A stretch of 64,000 nt of DNA from Thermodesulfobacteriota bacterium (GCA_963675595.2 CAXXLZ010000002.1:1248001-1312000), one strand, 5' to 3'. Shown: positions 19,039 to 29,333, counted from the first letter of the stretch. Made by a program: numbers and translations. Notes: generated by a model from the letters alone, not told the origin.

Positions 19039-19968
19039 ATGTCGAAAATAGAATATTGCCGCGAAGACCCGATTTTCAGGCTCCGCACTCCCCTGCTCTT
19101 CGCGCACAGGGGCGGCGCCTTGGAAGTACCGGAAAGCACGAAGAAGGCGTTTTGCTACGCCTTTGACGTCGGGACGGACGTGCTCGAACTGGATGTACAA
19201 CTCACCAAGGACGGAAAGTTTGTGCTCTGGCACGGACCATCGTTGGAGAATGTGCGTATATCGGGTCAGCCGGATAATCCATCAAAAAGGCATAAGAACC
19301 GAAGAAAGATACAACATTTCCTGTGGGATGAATTGTGCGAGAAAGCCTGGGTGGCGAATCCGGGCGTTAAAAACCTCGCAAAGGTCAAGAAGGACCCCGA
19401 CCGTCATCTCATGCTCTTCTCCGATTTTCTGCGGGACGAAGAATTCAAAGACAAACCCATCAACATCGAACTAAAGGGAACGTTCGAGCCCTGCGCCGAC
19501 GAGAAGCGACCCGGTCTCACACAGAACTTGAAGCTGTTTACGGAAATCTTGAAAACGGATCCGGAACGAAAAATGGTGATCGTGAGTCTCCACCATCGGT
19601 TTATCAAAAAATTTCGAGAACTGACCGGCGATGCTTATTGCACGGGGCTTTCGTTTAGAGAGCAACTTTACCTCCGGCTTTCCATGAACATCGAAAAAAA
19701 GAATCGGGCTCTCGAAACCAGCTACGATACTTACATCTCCTCGAAGAGAATTGTCGACAACATCCGGGAGAAAGGCGGTTCGACTTACGTGTTCGTCACC
19801 CGATTCCCTTTCATCCCGGCACTGGACAAACACGAAAACATCGACGAAGCGGCCGTCTTCGGGATCCTCGACCGGGGCGTGGACGGTATCATGACGGACC
19901 GACCCGGGGCGATGAGGGGCATTATCGATCAATGGAAGCAAATGGTGCCTCTCCGCCGAAGGCGGTGA
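19039..19968 (+). CDS. Glycerophosphodiester phosphodiesterase family protein
   Basis: Motifs FAHRGG..PEST, LELDVQLTKDG..VLWH, NIELK and GVDGIMTDRP; RBS AGGAGG. Confidence 0.88.
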   Translation: MSKIEYCREDPIFRLRTPLLFAHRGGALEVPESTKKAFCYAFDVGTDVLELDVQLTKDGKFVLWHGPSLENVRISGQPDNPSKRHKNRRKIQHFLWDELCEKAWVANPGVKNLAKVKKDPDRHLMLFSDFLRDEEFKDKPINIELKGTFEPCADEKRPGLTQNLKLFTEILKTDPERKMVIVSLHHRFIKKFRELTGDAYCTGLSFREQLYLRLSMNIEKKNRALETSYDTYISSKRIVDNIREKGGSTYVFVTRFPFIPALDKHENIDEAAVFGILDRGVDGIMTDRPGAMRGIIDQWKQMVPLRRRR

Positions 19969-20035
19969 GGCCTGCTTGAAAGGTTTAGAGGGGGGGTGCG
20001 GGGGGGAACTTTTTCAAAAGTTCCCCCCCGTGAAT
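19948..20035. repeat. Family-1 repeat right-end fragment
   Basis: CCTCTCCGCCGAAGGCGGTGAGGCCTGCTTGAAA is identical to 7497-7530; ends in GGGGGAACTTTT.AAAAGTTCCCCC.CGTGAAT. Confidence 0.85.
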
Positions 20036-20138
20036 GGGTACAGAGACTCAACGCACGGGGAAAATCGGACTTCCTCCGGGGGAAGCCTCACGGCGTTCGT
20101 GAAAGCCGTTGTGATAGGAAAGATTCTACGGGACCGCG

Positions 20139-20825
20139 TCAGGATCCGCCGGGGAATCTCTTTGCGGACTTCCTTCGCCAAAGAGCCGCCGCCGACAAGC
20201 CGATACCGAACAGCGCCAGAGTACCGGGCTCGGGCACCGGCGCGACGCTGGTTTCAGGCGCCGGGCCGGCCACGGAAAATCCGGAAAAGTGAGATACCGA
20301 CGGGATCGAGGCCAGGTTCCGTTCATTATTCGGAGGAAGATGCCCTGTATTCCATTCCCCCGATGCCTGTGGGGTTTCCAGCCAGTACAGAGCAAACCCG
20401 TTGGCGCCTTTTACCGTGTACACGTTGATGGGGAAAGGATTTCCGGAATCTCGGGACGACGCGCTCCAGGTGCCGGATACGTCTTCCAGTGTCTTTTCTT
20501 TGATGGTGCCCGGGTAGACGGTGGCTCCGGCATAGGTAAGAGACACGGATATGTCTCCATCCGTACCGTCCGACTTGCCGTACTCCGTGAGATCCACTGA
20601 ATAACCCAATTCCCACAGAGCCCATTCCACGGTGGCCTCGTCGTCCTTTACCGGCCCCCTTTCACCGTCGCCGTTCATGACCGTGCCGAGATATTGCCCG
20701 CTGTAACCGTAGTCGAATACGATATCGTCCGTCCTCGGAGGGGTGACCTGAGCGATATACAGGCAGAGCCCGTTGCCGGGGAACGCCAAAAGGAGCAACA
20801 GCGAAAGGAATCCGATCCTCTTCAT
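20139..20825 (-). CDS. PEP-CTERM sorting-domain surface protein
   Basis: N-terminal signal peptide; C-terminal VPEPGTLALFGIGLSAAALWRRK. Confidence 0.9.
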   Translation of the reverse strand: MKRIGFLSLLLLLAFPGNGLCLYIAQVTPPRTDDIVFDYGYSGQYLGTVMNGDGERGPVKDDEATVEWALWELGYSVDLTEYGKSDGTDGDISVSLTYAGATVYPGTIKEKTLEDVSGTWSASSRDSGNPFPINVYTVKGANGFALYWLETPQASGEWNTGHLPPNNERNLASIPSVSHFSGFSVAGPAPETSVAPVPEPGTLALFGIGLSAAALWRRKSAKRFPGGS

Positions 20826-20929
20826 TTTCTCACTTTCCAATATTGTGACGGCGACCGGACGATGGAGAATTCGGCACCGGCGAAGATCCTGCGGTCATCA
20901 TTCCAGACTCCACATCAGAGATGAAATTA

Positions 20930-20945
20930 TGCAATTCCCGCGCCA
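20930..20945 (-). promoter_or_regulatory. Sigma54 (-24/-12) promoter for the PEP-CTERM gene
   Basis: Minus strand reads TGGCGC-GGGAA-TTGCA, about 105 nt upstream of the start codon. Confidence 0.7.
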
Positions 20946-21617
20946 CTCCCATAATACCGGAGAATGCGCCATCTCCGCGCTTACCGGAAGCGGGACTGTA
21001 AAACTTTTCGATACAGGTAATAACTTAAAATCAATAGGAGAATTCTTCCGCCATCCACTGGAACAGCTAAACGCCCCTTCCTTTCCGGCCTTACGCGGAA
21101 CCACGTTTTCGAATTCGCCTGTCAAAATTTCCGACGATCGAAGCGTTCACCAACGCGCCCGAACCCATATCTTCAACGCTCCAAGTCGGCGCGCACACCG
21201 TCGACCCCTCAAGAGTGGGAGATACGGTTATCGTGAGCCTTCATCAGGCATGTAAAGACCTCCGACGATCATCAGTGGGAGGTCCGTTCTCCGGAAGTTT
21301 GCCGAACCGTGATCCCGGCAACGCGTCTCCCGTCGTTGCCGCTCTCGTGCCTTGTTCCCCCGTCTTTCCCAAGCCGGCGACTGCAGAAGAAGAGTGTTCT
21401 TCACCCCACCCCGAGACACCGCAGTTCCTGGAACTATCGAGCGTTCCGAATACAGCCTTGGGCTACTATCGATATTTTCTATTTCAATGATTCACAAATT
21501 CGTAATTTTTCATTTCCCGAGGGTCCCACTTCTGCTACCATACCTTCATCCAACCGACTTGACCTAAGAACCAAGCACAAAACAAGTTTCCTCTCCGGCC
21601 GAACAAAGCTATCCGAG

Positions 21618-23441
21618 ATGCAATCCCCTTGGCGCTCCCTTTCGTTGTGCTTTGTGTTGTTTCTTCTATCGCCTCAAGTCGCCTCGGCTTCGACACCCGT
21701 TGTGTTGAACGAGGATGTCGATAAGTTCCTCCTGGCGCGGCACCTCTACGTCCTGGAAGACAAGGAGGCGTCCTTGAGCCTCGAAGACGTCCTGCGGGAC
21801 GACGTCCGTGCCGAATTCAAACTGAACAAGGAGGGGGTGGAGAACTTCGGATTCGTGAACTCCGCCTTCTGGGTCCATTTCAGCGTCGAGAATCCATTGC
21901 ACGAAGACCAGGAACTCGTGCTGGAGGAAGCCTATCCACACATAGACCATCTCGACGTCTATCTGTTTCGTGGAGGACGCCAAGTAGGATCGTTCAAGGC
22001 GGGCGACACGTTTCCCTTCCACAGGCGCGAGGTCGATTACCGAAGTTTCCTGTTCGAACTCGTTGTCCCCGCTCAAAGCACCATGAACGTGTACATTCGA
22101 GCCAAGACCGAGGGCGCCGCTCAATTGCCCCTCACCCTTTGGCGACCCAACGCGTTGCTGGAGAAGATCAACAAGGAACAAACCTTCATGGGGGTCTACT
22201 TTGGAATCATGACCGCCATGGCCCTTTACAATCTGTTTCTCTTTATCTTCCTTAGAGACCGCAACTACCTGTACTATGTCGCCTTCGTCTCCTCCATGAT
22301 TTTGCAGCAACTGGGACTCAGCCGCATGGATATGGAGTTCCTTTGGCCGAACTCGCCCGCTTTCGCCAACACGTCCCACATCGTCATCTACTGCGCCACT
22401 TTCTTCTTCGGCGCCCTGTTCTCCAGGAGCTTTCTGGATACCCGGAGATACGCCCCTCTTCTGAACAAAGGGCTGCTCGTCATGATGGCCGTCTGCGTGT
22501 TGAACGCGCTGATCACCATTTTTGTGAGTCGACGACTGGGCGGGTTGATCGTGCTCTTCGTGATCGCGGCCATAGAGCCCCTGCTCTTGTTGGCCGCCGG
22601 GATCCGTTGCTGGAGCAAGGGTCGGACCGTGGCACGGTATTACACCGTGGCGTGGACGGTCTTCCTCATCAGCGCGGTATTTAACAATTTCAGGAACATG
22701 GGCGTTGTGGAGCCCACGCTGTTGGCCAACTACAGCTCCCATATCGGATCGGCGCTGGAAGTTTTCCTGCTCTCCCTCGCTTTGGCGGACCGCATCAACG
22801 CGATCAAGAACGACGCCATCGCCGCCAAACAAAAAGCTTTTGAAGCGGAAAAAGCCATGACAACGGAGTTGGAGAAGCAGGTGGAACTGCGCACCGCCGA
22901 ACTGAAGGATGCCAACCTGGAATTGGAGAAACAGTCCAATACGGACGGGTTGACGAGAATCTTCAACCGTCGTTACTTTGATCGGCAACTGGATCGGGAA
23001 TGGCGTCGCCACAAACGAACCGCCCATCCCTTGGGCTTGATCATGTGTGATATCGATTTCTTCAAGCAGTACAACGATACTTACGGCCACCAAGCCGGCG
23101 ATGCTTGCCTGCAATCCATCGCCGGAACCTTGGACGCCTCGGTCCGCCGATCCCACGACATCGTCGCCAGGTATGGAGGAGAAGAGTTCGTCGTGCTTCT
23201 ACCCGAGACGGACCTGCACGGGGCTCGAAAAGTGGCCGAATCCATCCGATCCGCCGTCTACGACCTGAAAATTCCCCACGAGACCTCCTCCGTCGGCGGC
23301 GTCGTGACGCTCAGTTACGGCGTCTCCTCAACGGCCCCCGACACGGGGACCGGGGCCACCGCATTGGTCTCCCTCGCCGATGAAGCGCTTTACCTGAGCA
23401 AGAAACACGGCAGAGACTGCATTTCCGATCGTTGCAGCTAA
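21618..23441 (+). CDS. 7TMR-DISMED2 / 7TM-DISM diguanylate cyclase
   Basis: Signal peptide; LYVLEDK..., NFGFVNSAFWVHF, AGDTFPF..R; seven hydrophobic helices (ALYNLFLF..RDRNYLYY); GGEEF with I-site RSHD. Confidence 0.88.
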   Translation: MQSPWRSLSLCFVLFLLSPQVASASTPVVLNEDVDKFLLARHLYVLEDKEASLSLEDVLRDDVRAEFKLNKEGVENFGFVNSAFWVHFSVENPLHEDQELVLEEAYPHIDHLDVYLFRGGRQVGSFKAGDTFPFHRREVDYRSFLFELVVPAQSTMNVYIRAKTEGAAQLPLTLWRPNALLEKINKEQTFMGVYFGIMTAMALYNLFLFIFLRDRNYLYYVAFVSSMILQQLGLSRMDMEFLWPNSPAFANTSHIVIYCATFFFGALFSRSFLDTRRYAPLLNKGLLVMMAVCVLNALITIFVSRRLGGLIVLFVIAAIEPLLLLAAGIRCWSKGRTVARYYTVAWTVFLISAVFNNFRNMGVVEPTLLANYSSHIGSALEVFLLSLALADRINAIKNDAIAAKQKAFEAEKAMTTELEKQVELRTAELKDANLELEKQSNTDGLTRIFNRRYFDRQLDREWRRHKRTAHPLGLIMCDIDFFKQYNDTYGHQAGDACLQSIAGTLDASVRRSHDIVARYGGEEFVVLLPETDLHGARKVAESIRSAVYDLKIPHETSSVGGVVTLSYGVSSTAPDTGTGATALVSLADEALYLSKKHGRDCISDRCS

Positions 23442-23539
23442 GGCCGGGTCACGGTGCCTACACCGGGAAGCGTCGGCCCTGCCTGCCGCCCACCGAAAAC
23501 GGGCCGTCGCAGTCATACAGGGAAGGATTTCGAAAGGTC

Positions 23540-23681
23540 CGGGGGGTGTTTTTGCGAATCGCGTACGCGATTCGCAAGACGAGCAGCATGCGCCGTCCAA
23601 CGTATTAAAACGCCTGAAGTTTGGGAAGGTGCCCGAGGGAGCCCTTTTTGAAAAAGGGTTCCCTCAGATACCCCTCTGAAT
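23540..23681. repeat. Family-1 repeat, module Z (inverted relative to 10263)
   Basis: TTTTGCGAATCGCGTACGCGATTCGCAA palindrome; ends GATACCCCTCTGAAT. Confidence 0.8.
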
Positions 23682-23720
23682 GCTCACGTCCCGACCGCCC
23701 GTTGAAAAGGTCGGACTGGT

Positions 23721-23846
23721 GCGGATTGTTGAAAAACGATGAGCTGCAAGGCGCACGAATCCCGGGGAATAAGACGTACATGCGAGTACGTCGGAGTGAC
23801 GAGGGACGAAGCGCAACGCCGCAGATCGCGTTTTGCAGCGATCCGC
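23721..23846 (+). repeat. Family-2 repeat copy
   Basis: Inverted termini GCGGATTGTTGAAAAACG...CGTTTTGCAGCGATCCGC; abuts the hbd stop codon. Confidence 0.8.
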
Positions 23847-24694
23847 TAATATTGGAATACGCCGCGGCCGGTCTTCCGTCCCAACAGCCCGGCTTTGACG
23901 AGCTTCACCAGGAGCGGGGCGGGTCGGTATTTGTCCCCCAGTTCCCGGTGCAGCGTCTGCATGCACGCCAGCAGGACGTCCAACCCGAAGGCGTCCGACG
24001 CAGCCAACGGACCCAATGGAAACCCGAGCCCCAACGTGCAACTGCGATCGATTTCCTCGGCCGAGGCCAAACCGGTTTCCAGGGCGAAGAACGCTTCGTT
24101 CACCAGGGGAAGATAAAGCCGGTTGATGACGAATCCGGGCGAATCCGTCGCCGTGACCGTTTGTTTACCGCAGCGTTCCAGGAACGCCAAAGTGTCGACA
24201 AGGGTTTCGTCCGACGTGGTCGTGCCGCGCACCACTTCCACCAGAGGCGTCAGGGCCGCCGGAATCAGAAAATGGGTCCCGATGCAACTTGCGGGACGCC
24301 CCGTGGCAGCTGCGATTTCGGAAATCCACAGGGTGGACGTATTGCTGGCCAGAATCGTGTGTGCCGGACACACCGCATCCAGGCGTGCGAACACGTCCTT
24401 TTTCACCGCCATGTCTTCAAACACCGCTTCCACCACAAAGTCCGCATCACCGGCCGCCGCCGCCAACTCCGTACCGGCATGGATGCGCGACAACACGGCT
24501 TCCTTCCGATCCGCCTCCAGCTTTCCTTTCTTGATCTGGGCGTCGAGGAATTTCCCGATTCCCGCCATGCCCTTTTCCACCTGAGGCTCCGAGGCGTCCA
24601 CCATCGCGGTTGCAAATCCGGCCCGAGCGCACACGATTCCGATCTGGCTCCCCATGGTTCCCATGCCGATCACACAAACTTTCTTGACGTCCAT
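23846..24694 (-). CDS. hbd: 3-hydroxyacyl(butyryl)-CoA dehydrogenase
   Basis: Motifs [43 protein letters not shown] and LGRKTGRG. Confidence 0.88.
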   Translation of the reverse strand: MDVKKVCVIGMGTMGSQIGIVCARAGFATAMVDASEPQVEKGMAGIGKFLDAQIKKGKLEADRKEAVLSRIHAGTELAAAAGDADFVVEAVFEDMAVKKDVFARLDAVCPAHTILASNTSTLWISEIAAATGRPASCIGTHFLIPAALTPLVEVVRGTTTSDETLVDTLAFLERCGKQTVTATDSPGFVINRLYLPLVNEAFFALETGLASAEEIDRSCTLGLGFPLGPLAASDAFGLDVLLACMQTLHRELGDKYRPAPLLVKLVKAGLLGRKTGRGVFQY

Positions 24695-24712
24695 CCCACC
24701 GGCTCCTTTCTT

Positions 24713-25963
24713 TCAGGGCTGGTTGATATTCTCAACGACCGCTGCAATGCCCAAGCCACCGCCGCCGCATATGGATTCGATGCCGAAGCGCGCCTTGCGG
24801 CGCTTCATTTCATGAAGAAGCGTCACCAGGACCCGTGCGCCGGTGCACCCCACGGGATGCCCCAAGGAAATACCCGACCCGTTCACATTGACCTTATCGT
24901 ATTCGTCCGGCCCCAGTCCCATGAATTTCAGGTCTGCCAGCACCTGCGCGGCAAAGGCTTCCTGGATTTCCACCAGTTCCATACGGTCCGCCGACACGTC
25001 GGCGCGCTTCAGAGCCGCTTCCACGGCGGCGGGTACCGTGCGATACGTGTGTCTCGGGTCATCCCCGGCCACCGCGTGAGCCGCGATGCGGCCGAGGGGC
25101 CGACATCCCAGTTTGTCCGCTTTTTCCCTGGTGGTCACCAGAACCACGGCGGCGCCGTCGTTCTCCGAAGAAGAATTGCCGGCGGTACACACGCCGCCCA
25201 TCACGGGCCGTAAGCGCGCGAGTTTTTCCAGACTGGTGTCCGCACGGGGACCTTCGTCTTTGTCGAAAACGATCGAACCTTCTTTTCCTTGGTCGATGGT
25301 CATGGGCAGAATTTCCTCTTCGAACCTGCCGGCTTGCATGGCCGCGCACGCTTTCCTGTGGCTGGCCAAGGCCCATTCGTCGCAAGCCGCCCGCGTAATG
25401 TCTTCCTCTTTGGCGGCCGTTTCCGCCCAGGACATCATGGACGGAAGCACTCCGTAGCGCGCCTCCGGCTGAGACATGACCCGGGCCCGCTGAATCCGGT
25501 CGAACATGGGAATCCCCCACGAGGCAAGTTGCCCGTGGCCACGCGGCATCCCTCTCTTACCGCCGACTCCCCACTTCACGTCGCCCGTCAAATAGAACTC
25601 CGCGGTGCTCATGCTTTCCACGCCGCCCGCCGCCACCATGTCCGCCGCACCCGCCCGCACCATCAGCGTGGCCCAGCAAATCGCTTCCAGACCGCTGCAG
25701 CATCGCCGGTCGATGGTGATACCGGCCGTGCGCTCCGGCCATCCGGCGATGAGCAACGACATGCGGGCAATATTGACGTATTCTCCGCTCTGATAGGACT
25801 GTCCGAAAACGACTTCGTCCACTTCGCCGGGATCGACGCCCACCCGTCGGACGACCTCGTTCAAAACCAACGCTCCCAGATCGTACGCCGGCACCTCCCT
25901 CAGCGTACCCATATAACCGCCCACCGGTGTTCGGACCGCACCGACAATCACGGCCTCCCTCAT
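24713..25963 (-). CDS. Thiolase (acetyl-CoA C-acyltransferase)
   Basis: Motifs AVRTPVG, RRCCSGL (nucleophile Cys), TAGNSS..NDGAA, QEAFAAQ, GHPVG and CGGGG. Confidence 0.9.
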   Translation of the reverse strand: MREAVIVGAVRTPVGGYMGTLREVPAYDLGALVLNEVVRRVGVDPGEVDEVVFGQSYQSGEYVNIARMSLLIAGWPERTAGITIDRRCCSGLEAICWATLMVRAGAADMVAAGGVESMSTAEFYLTGDVKWGVGGKRGMPRGHGQLASWGIPMFDRIQRARVMSQPEARYGVLPSMMSWAETAAKEEDITRAACDEWALASHRKACAAMQAGRFEEEILPMTIDQGKEGSIVFDKDEGPRADTSLEKLARLRPVMGGVCTAGNSSSENDGAAVVLVTTREKADKLGCRPLGRIAAHAVAGDDPRHTYRTVPAAVEAALKRADVSADRMELVEIQEAFAAQVLADLKFMGLGPDEYDKVNVNGSGISLGHPVGCTGARVLVTLLHEMKRRKARFGIESICGGGGLGIAAVVENINQP

Positions 25964-26051
25964 ATCACCATCCTCCTCCGGCGCTTTCACGCGCGCGTTT
26001 CAACCTAGACAAGGCAGGGGCACCCCCCAAGGGTCCAACGCCCGGCCGTCG

Positions 26052-26846
26052 CTATTTTCGATATTTGTTGAAGTCCGGCGGTCTCTTTTCCAGGAAGGCC
26101 TGCACGCCCTCATGGGATTCGTCGGTGTGGTAATAGAGGTCCACCGCGTGCTTGGCCAACATGCCGATGCCGGCCACATGATCCGTGTCCGCATTGAAGG
26201 AGGCCTTGAGAAAAGCCAGAGAGGTCGGGGCCTTCTGCAGGAGCTCTTGACACCAGGACTCGACTTCGCTTTCCAGTTCCTCCGGAGGCACGACCTTGTT
26301 CACAAGCCCCATTTCCAAGGCTTCCTGCGCCGTATACTGGCGGCACAAATACCAAATCTCGCGCGCCTTCTTTTCGCCCACGATGTGAGCGAGAAAAACG
26401 GTGCCGAAACCGGCGTCGAAGCTGCCGACGCGAGGTCCGGCTTGTCCGAAGCGAGCCGTTTCCGACGCAATGGACAGGTCGCACACCACGTGCAGCACGT
26501 GGCCTCCGCCGACGGCATAGCCGTTCACCGCGGCGATCACCGGCTTGGGAATGGAGCGGATGGCGTTCAGCACAAGATTGTGCGCATCCAATAAGCCGAA
26601 TTTCGCCTCACCCTGGCCGTAGCCTTCACCGTCCTTGGTCTTCTGGTCCCCACCGGCGCAGAAGGCCTTGTCACCCACGCCGGTGAGCACCACCACGCCC
26701 ACGGCCTTGTCCGCCCATGCGTCCATGAGAGCTTGATGCATCTCCTCCAACGTCAGTGCTGTAAACGCATTGTATCGCTCGGGCCGGTTAATGCTGATCT
26801 TGGCGATACCGTTCCTTTTCTCATAAATGATCTCCCTGAAATCCAT
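26052..26846 (-). CDS. BadI/MenB-type crotonase (probable 2-oxocyclohexanecarboxyl-CoA-type ring-opening hydrolase)
   Basis: Motifs [37 protein letters not shown] and LYY.TDES.EGV.AF.EKR.PDF; located in a beta-oxidation operon with no men genes nearby. Confidence 0.75.
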   Translation of the reverse strand: MDFREIIYEKRNGIAKISINRPERYNAFTALTLEEMHQALMDAWADKAVGVVVLTGVGDKAFCAGGDQKTKDGEGYGQGEAKFGLLDAHNLVLNAIRSIPKPVIAAVNGYAVGGGHVLHVVCDLSIASETARFGQAGPRVGSFDAGFGTVFLAHIVGEKKAREIWYLCRQYTAQEALEMGLVNKVVPPEELESEVESWCQELLQKAPTSLAFLKASFNADTDHVAGIGMLAKHAVDLYYHTDESHEGVQAFLEKRPPDFNKYRK

Positions 26847-26911
26847 CCCTCTCCTCCTTTGAGCCTGGGACATCCCATTGCCCGCTAAATCCGAGAGCGT
26901 ACATCCGTGTG

Positions 26912-27095
26912 TATTGACAGGATATCGGGGAACCTTTTGAAAAAGGCTCCCCGACCTTTCCGGAACTTCCTGAGAGGGTTGCTCGCCTGCGCGTCGCAAC
27001 CGGGGTTCGGGGTTCTCTCTGAGCAGGTTACCGGGTCCGTATATCCGGAACCTTCGACAAAGGCGTCGCTGTTTGAATGCCCTGAATCGGCGAAC
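26912..27095. repeat. Family-1 repeat, module X
   Basis: GGATATCGGGGAACCTTTTGAAAAAGG..AGAGGGTTGCTCGCCTGCGCGTCGCAACCGGG, matching 7175-7265. Confidence 0.8.
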
Positions 27096-27120
27096 AAGCT
27101 CACCAATTCGGGTCCGGCTC

Positions 27121-27858
27121 TCATTCGGCAAGCTGTTGATCCATGATGTAGTCGCCCTTGGCGTCGAAAGTCGAATAGCGCAACAACCACTGATAAACAC
27201 GAGTCAGATGGGCTCGCACCGTTTGTTCCGCCCTTTCCGCATCCTTTGCCTCAAAGGCCTCTATGATCCCTTCGTGTTCTTCAATGGAAACCGGAATGGT
27301 CTCGGAATCCGCATAACAGATATTCGTCAACAGGAGCCATGAGATTCCGTTGGTCAAACTCTTGATGGTGCGATTAAGTATCTCACTGTCCACGGCCTTG
27401 ATATACACCCGGTGGAATTCGTGGTTCAGATGCGAGCATTGCTCATAGCCGGCCTCAAAGTAGGCATGACGCATGCGTTCGTTGAGATCGATCAAGGTTC
27501 GGATTTGGTCCCCGTTGATGACGGGGGCCGCCAGTCGGGCCGCCAATCCTTCCAGACACGCAATGATGGGAAACACTTCCGCAAGGTTTTTCTTGGTGAT
27601 TCTGCGGACATACTTTCTCTTGTAATCGTCCACTTCGATCAGCCCGTCGCCCTGAAGCAGACGCAGAGCTTCGCGAATGGGCGCGCGACTCACGCCGAAC
27701 CAGTTCTCCAGCTCCGATTCCGTGATTCTCCGGCCCGGCGACAGGGTGCCTTTGACGATGGCTTCGCTCAGATCGTGCGTAAGTTGGCCGACCATGGACT
27801 TCGGCCTTGAGAAACCGCTGTGCCGCACGGCGGGGTCCTTCCCAGGTTGCTTGAACAT
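27121..27858 (-). CDS. GntR/FadR (FCD) family transcriptional regulator
   Basis: wHTH segment [11 protein letters not shown]...[16 protein letters not shown]; FCD segments NHEFH and EEH..IIEA. Confidence 0.9.
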   Translation of the reverse strand: MFKQPGKDPAVRHSGFSRPKSMVGQLTHDLSEAIVKGTLSPGRRITESELENWFGVSRAPIREALRLLQGDGLIEVDDYKRKYVRRITKKNLAEVFPIIACLEGLAARLAAPVINGDQIRTLIDLNERMRHAYFEAGYEQCSHLNHEFHRVYIKAVDSEILNRTIKSLTNGISWLLLTNICYADSETIPVSIEEHEGIIEAFEAKDAERAEQTVRAHLTRVYQWLLRYSTFDAKGDYIMDQQLAE

Positions 27859-27860
27859 CA

Positions 27861-27893
27861 TTGTATACTAGCATCTTGTATACAATTGAGCAA
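27861..27893 (-). promoter_or_regulatory. Sigma70 promoter with two GntR-type operators
   Basis: TTGCTC-N17-TAGTAT on the minus strand; palindromes TTGTATACAA (27876-27885) and TTGTATACTA (27861-27870). Confidence 0.65.
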
Positions 27894-27959
27894 CAAGAAA
27901 AGCAACGACCAACCGCGCGGAATCATCTCACCGCGCACGCCCGCCGTCGGTAAGAGGAG

Positions 27960-28200
27960 AAATCCCGCACCGGGGACCATTTGGTCCGCCCCCCCGCAAT
28001 GATGGGAGGCGGGTCCCGATCCAGGTTTTTTTCCCTATGCGGTTGTGGGTGACTGTCGTGAATATATGGGGAAGTACAAACGTGGACGTTTTCCTGATGC
28101 GGATGCTCCAGGCACGGCATGTTCCATACAACACATTAAAATACTTAAAGGTTTTAGGAAGGAGCCCGGGGGAGACTTTCCCGAAAGTCTCCCCCGGAAG
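27960..28200. repeat. Degenerate family-1 repeat
   Basis: GGGACCATTTGGTCC resembles 10415-10430; GCATG..CAAC..ATTAAAA..GGAAGG.GCCCG.GGGAG resembles 23585-23645; terminal hairpin GGGGGAGACTTT..AAAGTCTCCCCC. Confidence 0.55.
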
Positions 28201-28208
28201 AAAACACA

Positions 28209-29180
28209 TCAAAGCGGAGAGATGGCCACGTTCCCTTTCTTGTGCCCTTTTTCCACGTACCGATGAGCCTCCACGATCCGTTCCAACGGATAGCGCCGGT
28301 CGATGACGGATGTTAGTTTCCCCGCCTCGATCAGCTCTTTCAGGAAGATCAGGTCCTCGGTTCCGTAGCGGGCCCACGACAGGATCACTCTCCTGCGGCC
28401 CATTAGGGTAGTCCACACCCCTCGAACCGTATGCCCCAAGTCGGGAGCGGCCAAAAGGTAGAAGCCGTTCTTTTTGAGAGATCGTATACTGCGGGAAAAG
28501 GAGGTTTTGCCCAGTGTGTCGAAAATCACGTCATAGGTCTCGCCGTTTCGGGTAAAATCCTCTCGCGTGTAATCGATCACTCGGTCGGCTCCGAGAGACT
28601 TCACCAGGTTCTGGTTGGAGGGGCCGCACACTCCGGTGACGTGCGCTCCGAAGTATTTGGCGAGCTGTACCGCAAACGTGCCGATACTTCCGCTCGCCCC
28701 GTGGACCAGCACCTTCCCTCCGCTCCGAATACGGGCTTTTCTCAGGAAATACAACGCATTGAGCCCTCCCACCGGAACGCAGGCCGCCTCTTCATAGGTC
28801 ATATTGACCGGTTTCATCGCGGCCGCGGCCGTATCCGGCAAACACACGTATTCGGCATGAGCTCCGAAACGAGCATCCGTAATCGCGAATACTCGATCCC
28901 CAGGCTTGAAACTCGTCACGCTCCCACCCACGGATTCGACCTCTCCGGCTGCCTCCTGCCCGAGGATTCGAATGCGCGGCCGGAGCACGCCCATGTAGAT
29001 GCGTATGGGAATCCAAAACAACAAGGGCACTTGAAATCTTCTGATTTCGCAATCCCCCGCCGTGACCGTTGCGGCACGGACCCTGATGAGGATTTCATGA
29101 TCCTTGGGCGTGGGCTTTGCCGCCTCTTGGATGTGGAGCACCTCAGGGGGTCCATATCTGGAGAACACGACGGCTTTCAT
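28209..29180 (-). CDS. NAD(P)-dependent alcohol dehydrogenase / MDR (quinone-reductase-like) family
   Basis: Motifs MKAVV..YGPPEVL, GAHAEY, GASGSIGTFAVQLAK, LGADRVIDY and GHKKGNV. Confidence 0.88.
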   Translation of the reverse strand: MKAVVFSRYGPPEVLHIQEAAKPTPKDHEILIRVRAATVTAGDCEIRRFQVPLLFWIPIRIYMGVLRPRIRILGQEAAGEVESVGGSVTSFKPGDRVFAITDARFGAHAEYVCLPDTAAAAMKPVNMTYEEAACVPVGGLNALYFLRKARIRSGGKVLVHGASGSIGTFAVQLAKYFGAHVTGVCGPSNQNLVKSLGADRVIDYTREDFTRNGETYDVIFDTLGKTSFSRSIRSLKKNGFYLLAAPDLGHTVRGVWTTLMGRRRVILSWARYGTEDLIFLKELIEAGKLTSVIDRRYPLERIVEAHRYVEKGHKKGNVAISPL

Positions 29181-29261
29181 AGATCCCTTCCAAAGGAGCA
29201 CGAGAACTGGAATGAAGATGGATTCCGGATATGGGCAATTACGGAGTCGAAAAGAATAAAG

Positions 29262-29333
29262 TGGTACGCAAACGTACGCCGCAGTGAGGGGGGATGAAGC
29301 CCAACGCCGCGGGTCGCGTTTCCGCCGGCCGGT
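29262..29333 (+). repeat. Partial family-2 repeat
   Basis: GTACGC..GTACGCCGCAGTGA.GGGGATGAAGC.CAACGCCGCGGGTCGCGTTT; abuts the antitoxin stop codon. Confidence 0.6.

Noticed and set aside
23621-25213. 530-aa plus-strand ORF
   Set aside because: Antisense shadow of hbd and the thiolase, starting inside repeats.
26847-27200. N-terminal extension of the crotonase ORF
   Set aside because: It runs through a repeat and the gntR 3' end; a strong RBS precedes ATG 26846.
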